Source: a virus (Duplodnaviria > Heunggongvirae > Uroviricota > Caudoviricetes). Taken from it: 64,000 bases of DNA. Both the position numbers and the translations under genes were made by a program. Below the pieces are notes generated by a model. The model searched no databases. It was given only the letters and a program-made list of their open reading frames with translations, and had not been told where the DNA came from. The DNA is taken from IMG/VR virus record IMGVR_UViG_2531839524_000004; one strand, given 5' to 3'. This document shows positions 56,844 to 64,000 of the stretch, one piece after another; the first letter of the stretch is position 1; each line of letters starts with the position of its first letter.

Positions 56844-57458
56844 ATGTTCGGGATGTCAATTACTCAATCAGATGGAAGTTTGTGGATGAGTCCAGAATTT
56901 ACTCCGCAAAATCTGATTAATAAAGGGACAATGTCTACATCTAAAGGTTCTGTTTTTCAAACATCAATCCCATCAAACAAATCATGCTTTTTCTTCATAA
57001 AAAGCAGTAATAAGGCGAACATGATGTTTATTCATGAGCATAGTAACGGATACAATGCTCTCAGATTGCATCAGGTAAATGGTAGCCCCGGAACAATAAC
57101 AGTTTATGCTTTTTCTGATATGGTGTTACCACATTCTGGCTATGGCATTGCCATGTATAACAGCGCAGGCGCAATGGTGTATCACGGTGAGATGATGCCC
57201 CTTGATGCGAAACTTATCACTATTTCGGACCCTCAATTTACCATAGATGTGGGGTATCCGTGTGCGGTAATGCCTGCTATGGTTGGGGTTTATAACTATA
57301 GACGAACCGATTACGACAGACCTGTCTATGTAACTATGACCGGTGCAACTGGAAACCAAGTATATAACGGTCAATGGTATTCCGGTAATGTCACATGGGA
57401 TATTAAGAAGATTTATACAAACAAAATCCTGGTTATAAATACCTCAAAGTATGATTAG
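56844..57458 (+). CDS. hypothetical protein (AT-rich cassette)
   Basis: ATG 56844 directly after upstream stop; 204 aa; Gly/Asn/Tyr-rich. Confidence 0.45.
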   Translation: MFGMSITQSDGSLWMSPEFTPQNLINKGTMSTSKGSVFQTSIPSNKSCFFFIKSSNKANMMFIHEHSNGYNALRLHQVNGSPGTITVYAFSDMVLPHSGYGIAMYNSAGAMVYHGEMMPLDAKLITISDPQFTIDVGYPCAVMPAMVGVYNYRRTDYDRPVYVTMTGATGNQVYNGQWYSGNVTWDIKKIYTNKILVINTSKYD

Positions 57459-57561
57459 CAAATACCTTTATTTAAAGGATTGCCTGTTAATTTCTATTTA
57501 GCACCTTTTCATTTTTGAAATAATTGCACCATTAAACAAATCTTTTCTTAATGGTGCAATT

Positions 57562-59247
57562 ATGAATACAGCTCTTTCCATCATCGACGATGCCAACTCA
57601 AACACTGCTATCGATTATCGTCAGGAAATGAACGTCATCCACGAAATTGTGGCCGAGTGCGAGAAGGAGATCGCCTTCATGTATCAGGTTCACGACTTCG
57701 TTTATGGAGACGAACGCCACAACATGATTAATCGCCTGCTGCAACTGAACCACCGACCAGATGAAGAACGCTCACGTTTGAATCGAGCTTGGCTGGATAA
57801 AGTCGATCTGGAATGGGTGAAACAGAATATTTGGGCCGAGTACTGGAGGAAGGTCACGGATATGACTAACGTTCTGCTGATCATGCCAGCTTCCCGTCGC
57901 GACGAGTGGCGTGAGCAGTTTATCGAGGGTAAGCAGGAAGTCATCAAAACTGACAGAACCGGCTATCAGATGAAGGTAAAAGAGTTCGTTGGTGTACCGG
58001 AGTTCAAAGCAGAAACGGTCATACCCACGATGCTTAATTTGCTGAATGACAGGCACAAATATCTCTCTGAGCGCGTGTATGGCTTGTTTAAGGCGCTGAG
58101 TCCTGCGCACAAGACAAATAAGACAAACGGTTTCAGCGAACGTCTGATAATCGCTGACTGCATTTCTGATTTCTGGCGGGACAGCGTTAGTGTGAACTAT
58201 CGCAAAGAGGACTATATCGACGATCTGCGTGTCTTGCTTCATTTCTTCGCGCACAAAGAATTTATTACCATCAACCGCACTGCTGAGGTGCTATCAGCTG
58301 CGTATCGGGCAAACGACTGCCGGACCGGTGACTGGATGAACGTCGATGGAAATCTGATGCGCGTGAAGATGTTCAAGAACGGCAACGTTCACTTTGAAAT
58401 ACATCCTGACGTGGCCTGGAAGTTGAATGAGGGGCTGGCTTACAGTATGCCTGCTGCAATCCCCGCGCCATGTCGCACCGCGCCAAAAACACGGGCACCA
58501 AAGCAGTTCGGGTTAATCCAGAAGACGATCTCCGTGCCGGTTCGCACTGCGCTTCGTGACGGGCGATTGAGCAAAGACAAAGGCGTATGGTACTTCTCTG
58601 ATTCAGCTCTCCAGAAGTCGCAGGTGGAAGAGCTTGAGCGCACACTGAGCTTCATTGGCGGCGTGCAGGAGAAAAAGCACTGGCAGTTCCCGTATGACAT
58701 CGTCCATACGCTAAATACGATTGTGGCTACCGGTTTAATACCGGATACAAAATCACACCAGTTCTACCCTCCCCCACGCTTGATTGCTGAGTACGTTGCC
58801 AGAGCCACTGAATTGAAGTCTGGTGAGAAGCTGCTGGAGCCTCAAGCCGGACGTGGGGATCTTCTGGCCTATATTAACGCCGATCTGGAAGATGTTACCT
58901 GCATAGAAATCGCACCTCTCTTCGCTGATATCCTGCGTGGAAAAGGGTATACGAACACGATTTGCTGCGACTTCATAAAGTGGTCTGAGGACAACGTAGG
59001 TTATCAGTTCGACAAAATCGTTATGAACCCGCCGTATTCGCTTGGTCGTCATAGAGAGCACACGCTGGCTGCGCTGGGGCATCTGAAAGTCGGCGGGCGT
59101 CTTGTAGCAGTATTGCCGGGCACTGCGCCAATACTGGACTGGATGACGATGGATAATTACGTTTATGCCAGAGGGAAGTCGTTTACCAACGAGTTTGAAG
59201 ACACAGGGATCACAGTCAGCGTATACGTTTTCAAACGCGTTAAATGA
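57562..59247 (+). CDS. large protein with C-terminal amino-methyltransferase domain (gamma-class, NPPY)
   Basis: C-terminal motif I-like LLEPQAGRGDLL and motif IV IVMNPPYS; N-terminal about 400 aa without recognisable motifs. Confidence 0.65.
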   Translation: MNTALSIIDDANSNTAIDYRQEMNVIHEIVAECEKEIAFMYQVHDFVYGDERHNMINRLLQLNHRPDEERSRLNRAWLDKVDLEWVKQNIWAEYWRKVTDMTNVLLIMPASRRDEWREQFIEGKQEVIKTDRTGYQMKVKEFVGVPEFKAETVIPTMLNLLNDRHKYLSERVYGLFKALSPAHKTNKTNGFSERLIIADCISDFWRDSVSVNYRKEDYIDDLRVLLHFFAHKEFITINRTAEVLSAAYRANDCRTGDWMNVDGNLMRVKMFKNGNVHFEIHPDVAWKLNEGLAYSMPAAIPAPCRTAPKTRAPKQFGLIQKTISVPVRTALRDGRLSKDKGVWYFSDSALQKSQVEELERTLSFIGGVQEKKHWQFPYDIVHTLNTIVATGLIPDTKSHQFYPPPRLIAEYVARATELKSGEKLLEPQAGRGDLLAYINADLEDVTCIEIAPLFADILRGKGYTNTICCDFIKWSEDNVGYQFDKIVMNPPYSLGRHREHTLAALGHLKVGGRLVAVLPGTAPILDWMTMDNYVYARGKSFTNEFEDTGITVSVYVFKRVK

Positions 59248-59308
59248 TAGGTAAATACTTACCTAATTTGTGTAAGAATGTAGTTACTAAACGATAAGAG
59301 AAAAACAC

Positions 59309-60013
59309 ATGAACAACCTCCAGTTAGAGCATTTTAACGTCACAGGCCATTCTGATTTTCCTTTCAAGTTTACATTGAAAGGTTATGCAGAGGATGCGGT
59401 AGGCCAGATCATTATTGATAAAGGCATCGTTAAGTTTGAGGGGGATTTTGATGAATCCGCGAAAACATTCATAGACTTCGTTGCCAAACGTTGGAGCGAG
59501 CAATGGAAAAACCTGGAAAAGCGCGCCAATGAGTTTGATCGGTTCATGGATGCAATGGATACAGCAAAAGAGGCTCTTGATGCCGGGACTCCGTTAGATC
59601 TGGAGTCACTTTTCAACGGCGAAGTGGCCTCTGCGATGTTTGCCACCATGTTCGCGGGTGAGTTCGTCCGCAGCGGTGCCAAAAACTACCTTGAGCTGGA
59701 TTACAACGTCCCTGCAATTGGCGATTTCGTCGTTACCATCCAACGCAAAGAAGGTAAGACGCCAGGTGAACGCGTCGCAGAGCTTGAGGCCGTTGTGGAT
59801 CAGCGTAACGGAGAGTGTGACCGTTTGATCAACGAGCTTCATGCACTTCGGGAAGAAAGAATATGTGCGGGTAGCAATACACGTAATGCAGCGGATATCT
59901 ACTTCCAGTTAGTTGAGGAATGCCAGATTCCACCAGGTGGCTCTCTTGTCGATTACGTCAGACATTTAATGGCGGAAGTTAACTCCAGCCATAAAGATGG
60001 TGAGGTGCGCTGA
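59309..60013 (+). CDS. hypothetical protein
   Basis: 234 aa; conserved leader AGAAAAACACATG. Confidence 0.5.
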   Translation: MNNLQLEHFNVTGHSDFPFKFTLKGYAEDAVGQIIIDKGIVKFEGDFDESAKTFIDFVAKRWSEQWKNLEKRANEFDRFMDAMDTAKEALDAGTPLDLESLFNGEVASAMFATMFAGEFVRSGAKNYLELDYNVPAIGDFVVTIQRKEGKTPGERVAELEAVVDQRNGECDRLINELHALREERICAGSNTRNAADIYFQLVEECQIPPGGSLVDYVRHLMAEVNSSHKDGEVR

Positions 60014-60393
60014 TGTTTGGCATTGACGCACAGCGTATAGCCGCTTTTGCAAAAAGCCCTCTTGATAATCCCTTGTCTCGTAGTGAGCAAATGGAGCTGG
60101 CAAGGCTTTTTCTTCACATTCAAAAACAGGCAGACATTTTCAATAACATGCCTAATCAACCTATTCTGGATGGTCACATCCAGATGGTCATTAACAGTCA
60201 TGAGAAAGGCTGGGCTGCAATCGTCCCCTGCACAATTACATACAAGTTGGCGAAAGAGGTTCAAGAGTTTCGAAAAGCCAGTGTCGAATCGGAGTCTACC
60301 AAAGCCGCAATAAACACTCTTATTCGCATGGGGTTCACATGGACCGGTGGAGCCTACTGGCAAGCACCTCACCCCATTTTATCCGGCAATTAG
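60013..60393 (+). CDS. hypothetical protein
   Basis: 126 aa, ATGA-coupled to upstream gene. Confidence 0.5.
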   Translation: MFGIDAQRIAAFAKSPLDNPLSRSEQMELARLFLHIQKQADIFNNMPNQPILDGHIQMVINSHEKGWAAIVPCTITYKLAKEVQEFRKASVESESTKAAINTLIRMGFTWTGGAYWQAPHPILSGN

Positions 60394-60423
60394 ACGCTAC
60401 AAATCCTTCGGCATGAATAAATA

Positions 60424-60460
60424 AAGGCCATAAGTTGTGGCCTTAAATAAATTGTTTTCT
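60424..60460 (+). terminator. putative terminator
   Basis: AAGGCCA-taagttg-TGGCCTT hairpin followed by A/T-rich tract ending in TTTTCT. Confidence 0.4.
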
Positions 60461-60512
60461 ACCTTTTCTTATTTGTGAAAATAACCACAACTAGAAAACA
60501 ACGGAGTTAAGA

Positions 60513-61154
60513 ATGTCTAGTATTTCCGAAGCTCATATGTTCGCCGCTGGCGCTCATGGTGGCGTTGGTCAGAAAAGAAAATATACCGGCGAAGACTACA
60601 TCAACCACCCGGTTGCTGTCCGAGAGATTGTTGCATTGCATGACGGAACCGTGGAGATGCAAATCGCGGCGCTTCTGCATGATGTGGTCGAAGACACCCA
60701 TGTAACCATAGAGATGGTTCGTGATCACTTCGGTGAGCGCGTAGCTGAAATGGTTCAGGCTCTGACCAACATTGCAAGGCCAGAAGACGGCAATCGAATA
60801 CAGCGTTTCATCATCAATGTCCGGGAGCTGGAGCAAAATCTCGACATGCAGACGCGCATGATCAAGCTGGCTGACCTGCTCGACAATACCTCTTCTATCG
60901 TGAGTCGCGATCCCGAGTTTTCAGCTGTCTACCTCGCAGAGAAAGAACTGATGCTGGACGTACTCTTTCACGGCAAAGAGATTGGTGCCAATGCTGATGT
61001 TGTCGAGTACATGGAGAGGATCGGTATAGAACACCCGTTGCTATTAAGCGCAATGGCGAAAGTCACTGAAGGTATTGCGCTTCTGAAACCGGTACACATC
61101 AAACGTTATGAAAAACACAAATCGCTGATCTGGAGCGCGTGGGAGGCTGCATGA
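60513..61154 (+). CDS. RelA/SpoT-type HD-domain hydrolase (small alarmone hydrolase-like)
   Basis: HPVAV...AALLHDVVEDT...FGERVAEMV...IKLADLLDN matches the (p)ppGpp hydrolase HD domain motifs. Confidence 0.75.
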   Translation: MSSISEAHMFAAGAHGGVGQKRKYTGEDYINHPVAVREIVALHDGTVEMQIAALLHDVVEDTHVTIEMVRDHFGERVAEMVQALTNIARPEDGNRIQRFIINVRELEQNLDMQTRMIKLADLLDNTSSIVSRDPEFSAVYLAEKELMLDVLFHGKEIGANADVVEYMERIGIEHPLLLSAMAKVTEGIALLKPVHIKRYEKHKSLIWSAWEAA

Positions 61155-61693
61155 AGGTCGAAAAAATAGATGTTCTTTCCTTTGTGCTGACGGATCTGGA
61201 ACGCCTCGATCCGGTTCGAGTAATGATTGAAAACTACGAACCTGGTAAGGGAAGAATCACCATCATCTGCTACGGAAAAGCGTGGACTGCGGCTTGGTTT
61301 GCTATGGGCGGTGATGATGTGCAGACGTTCATTAAGCGGGTCAGCAACGAGTATCTAATCGGCTATTTCGACTCTCAACTGCGAAGCACGGTCGACGATG
61401 ACAACGATGCAAATCTGCTTTTCGTGAAGTCAGAAATCATAAAGTTACGAAGAGAGAGAGAAATAGACGCCGTACTGGCTCGCGAAATGTGGGACGAGGC
61501 GGAAAACGCCGATGACGTAAAAGAAAGCTGCTGTTGTTTCGGCGTCGGTAACAAACTGCTGAATCTCTTTGGTGATGATCCGTGGTATGCCGACTGGCCA
61601 ACGGTACCAAACCCGAAATACCAGTATCTGGAACGCATTGTGAACGCGGTACGTGAAGGGCTGAAAGAGTTAGATAAGTTAGAGGCATCGTAA
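61151..61693 (+). CDS. hypothetical protein
   Basis: ATG 61151 after GGGAGG RBS; overlaps HD hydrolase 3' end. Confidence 0.45.
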   Translation: MKVEKIDVLSFVLTDLERLDPVRVMIENYEPGKGRITIICYGKAWTAAWFAMGGDDVQTFIKRVSNEYLIGYFDSQLRSTVDDDNDANLLFVKSEIIKLRREREIDAVLAREMWDEAENADDVKESCCCFGVGNKLLNLFGDDPWYADWPTVPNPKYQYLERIVNAVREGLKELDKLEAS

Positions 61694-62115
61694 TGAGAGA
61701 GAAAATCAAGAACCCGGTCGTCGTATTGTATAAACGGGAAACCAGCGATTCTTATGCGGTATCCATCACTGATGGAAGCCAGAACATGCACGATGGTCTG
61801 CTAATGGCCTCCGTATCTCCTGATGATTCTGACTACCCTTTCGCCACTTTCGCTATGGTTGGTTACTACATGGCTGCCGAAATTGAGAAGTTGCGTGTTG
61901 AGCTGGAGACCGTTAAACAGCGGGAAAAGGATCTGTTTATGGAAAATGTTCGACTTAAGTCAGGTATAGCCGGTCTGATACACCTCGGTATTCGATATGC
62001 GGATGTTGAGGTCATGAAAATTGCTGGAGATGCCCAGCTTTCTACTCCATGCACTGACAGCATCATAAACAGCATTGCAGCAGGCATTTTCACCAAAGAG
62101 GGGGCAGCACGATGA
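61693..62115 (+). CDS. hypothetical protein
   Basis: 140 aa, coupled. Confidence 0.45.
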   Translation: MREKIKNPVVVLYKRETSDSYAVSITDGSQNMHDGLLMASVSPDDSDYPFATFAMVGYYMAAEIEKLRVELETVKQREKDLFMENVRLKSGIAGLIHLGIRYADVEVMKIAGDAQLSTPCTDSIINSIAAGIFTKEGAAR

Positions 62116-62297
62116 GAACACTAGAGGTTCGCGCTGAAGACGTAATCCCTGGTGATGTGCTCATAACATCTAAAGGTCAACAATGTGCGGTTAAATCTTT
62201 TTGGATGGAAAATGACAAAGTGACTCTGTTCGGTACGGATGGTTCCGAAACTGATTATGACTACGACGAATTGCTTGTTGTTGAGAGAGCTGCCTAA
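62112..62297 (+). CDS. hypothetical small protein
   Basis: 61 aa, coupled. Confidence 0.35.
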   Translation: MRTLEVRAEDVIPGDVLITSKGQQCAVKSFWMENDKVTLFGTDGSETDYDYDELLVVERAA

Positions 62298-62950
62298 TGA
62301 CCACCGTTAACAATAAGAAATGCTACCCAAGCGAGAAATATCTTAATGAGCTGATCACCAACATTGAGTTTGCTGCAAAGGCACCAGTTGAAGTCGTGAG
62401 AGCGATTGCAGCAGAGCTACAGAAGCACCGTAAGGCCTATGCCAATACAGCCGCATCTAAGGATGGTTGGATAAGCTGTAGTGAGCGAATGCCTGTAATT
62501 GGCGAGCTAAATTGGAGAACTAGTTTTCCTTTACTGGTTATGTGTGAGATCGGCGTTATACCTGCTTATTACGGCTTTGTGAGCGTTAATGGTGATAGGC
62601 ATTATGGCTTTATGGAGAGTCTTAAATACGGAGACGATAACGGCAACCATCCTCAAACTAATGAATATGGTCTGATTAGCAATGTCACACACTGGATGCC
62701 ACTACCAGAACGCCGCAGGAGTCGAACAGTGAATAATGCAGAGTTATTTCAGAAAATATCGGCTCTCGCGACTGAATGCCACGCTATAGCATCTGAGCTT
62801 GATGTTGGCGATGAACGAACCGAGATGTTCGAAATATACAGTGTGCTGCGCAATCTCTGTCGGCGTGGCTACGCCACTCAAGTAGGGCGAATGACTAACC
62901 CACTACTCTCATCCTGTGATGAGGATGACTCGGATGAGGATGACGAATGA
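62297..62950 (+). CDS. hypothetical protein (possible DUF551-like phage protein)
   Basis: 217 aa; WISCSERMP pattern recalled from a phage protein family, unverified. Confidence 0.4.
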   Translation: MTTVNNKKCYPSEKYLNELITNIEFAAKAPVEVVRAIAAELQKHRKAYANTAASKDGWISCSERMPVIGELNWRTSFPLLVMCEIGVIPAYYGFVSVNGDRHYGFMESLKYGDDNGNHPQTNEYGLISNVTHWMPLPERRRSRTVNNAELFQKISALATECHAIASELDVGDERTEMFEIYSVLRNLCRRGYATQVGRMTNPLLSSCDEDDSDEDDE

Positions 62951-63330
62951 TGCATAAATCAGTAGCCGGTGAGTTTCAGAAGGAAGTCGATAATACCACT
63001 GATCTATTGGACGATATTTTAAGCATTCTCGCGCTGCTTGAGGCTGGCGATTGGTCAGAACATTGCACTCAAACAGAGCTAGGCGGTCGGCTTGAAAGAG
63101 AGATTACACGACTGATTAGCGATGCCCAAAATGATTTGTCACCTGAGCATCTCCCCTGCGATGTAGTTCTTGTGCCAGGGATGAGGATACACGAAGGCGT
63201 CAGAACGAAAACATTATTAACCGCATTACAGAGAAGAGCCGAACTAAGCTCGCGGATAAAGTTGATGCCATCCAAAATATTTGATGTCGTCAAATTTACG
63301 CCATCGCAACATACTGAGAGAGATAAATGA
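62947..63330 (+). CDS. hypothetical protein
   Basis: 127 aa, coupled. Confidence 0.4.
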   Translation: MMHKSVAGEFQKEVDNTTDLLDDILSILALLEAGDWSEHCTQTELGGRLEREITRLISDAQNDLSPEHLPCDVVLVPGMRIHEGVRTKTLLTALQRRAELSSRIKLMPSKIFDVVKFTPSQHTERDK

Positions 63331-63707
63331 GCACGGTAGCGAAAGATCTCACAGAAGATATTCTCAATGAAATTATTGCTGGTGCAAATACCTCGCTTGA
63401 GCAACTTCTTGCGTTAGCACTGAGAGCCGAACGTCGAGACAGAAATCGTTTTTATGAGCGATTACCAGGGAAGCGACCAGATAGATCGGATGAAGAAGGT
63501 TGCGATATAGACTACATGGAGCCTTCAGAGATTTATCAACTTGGTAAAGATGACGGCTGGAACGCTTATCACGATGCTGTGATGAAGTTGGATGAAAAAG
63601 TTAAACCTCTTTCTCGACCGGTAGATCACGGTTTCCGCGATAACTGCGAATGCTCTAGTTGCCAGACCACGGCCCGTATTTGTTCCGAATTGACAGATAA
63701 GTCGTAA
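63327..63707 (+). CDS. hypothetical protein; stop codon lies inside the IS terminal sequence
   Basis: 126 aa; TAA at 63705-63707 is part of GTAAGCG at the putative IS end. Confidence 0.4.
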   Translation: MSTVAKDLTEDILNEIIAGANTSLEQLLALALRAERRDRNRFYERLPGKRPDRSDEEGCDIDYMEPSEIYQLGKDDGWNAYHDAVMKLDEKVKPLSRPVDHGFRDNCECSSCQTTARICSELTDKS

Positions 63708-64000
63708 GCGTAAACTGACCGCCGTATGTAGCCATCAGACGAGAATTGGTAACTTAGACGCCCATCTGATATAGACGGACATCTAAGTATGGAATTACAG
63801 GACTGGCGAAAAGAACCTCGTAAAAACTATTCGAATGAATTCAAACTTCGTATGGTGGAACTGGCATCACAACCTGGAGCTTGTGTTGCACAGATTGCAC
63901 GTGAAAATGGCGTCAATGATAATGTTATTTTCAAATGGCTCAGGCTCTGGCAGAACGAAGGGCGTGTTTCGCGGCGTCTTCCGGTAACGACCTCTTCTGA
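63704..64000 (+). mobile_element. left end of an insertion sequence (IS66-family-like), truncated by window edge
   Basis: GTAAGCG terminus recalled as typical of IS66-family inverted repeats; HTH transposase-accessory ORF starts about 85 bp inside. Confidence 0.45.
63789..64000 (+). CDS. IS transposase accessory protein (TnpA/OrfA-type HTH), 5' partial at window end
   Basis: MELQDWRKEPRKNYSNEFKLRMVELASQPGACVAQIARENGVNDNVIFKWLRLWQ is a typical IS HTH OrfA pattern; no stop before 64000. Confidence 0.5.
   Translation, partial: MELQDWRKEPRKNYSNEFKLRMVELASQPGACVAQIARENGVNDNVIFKWLRLWQNEGRVSRRLPVTTSS

Overview
Gene-dense, mostly plus-strand segment of a large dsDNA phage-like replicon from an enterobacterial host, most consistent with a phage-plasmid (P1/SSU5/pHCM2-like lifestyle; this is inference from gene content, not a database match). 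All calls are from reading the ORF translations and DNA by eye; no searches were run. Content in order: a spanin-like lysis pair; a ParA-type partition pair; DnaB-like helicase, primase and ATP-dependent ligase; a four-tRNA cluster (Asn, Tyr, Thr, Ser); a tyrosine recombinase with a convergent HTH regulator; a VWA/AAA+ pair; a DnaE-type polymerase; SSB, FEN, RecA-like recombinase; a P1-like iteron replicon (Rep flanked by two iteron arrays plus GATC/DnaA-box region); SbcCD and RuvC-like nucleases; host-like nrdAB, thyA, DHFR, dNMP kinase, DnaQ-like exonuclease, Dam-like methyltransferase and RNase H; then a block of small genes including a TerB-like protein, a methyltransferase fusion and a RelA/SpoT-type HD hydrolase, ending in the edge of an IS element. 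The best candidates for an undescribed system are the AT-rich minus-strand single-gene islands (14055..15317 and 25313..26161), the AT-rich cassette plus methyltransferase fusion (56560..59247), and the phage-borne alarmone-hydrolase-like gene (60513..61154). Recurrent palindromic intergenic motifs and a conserved translation-initiation leader suggest a shared regulatory code.
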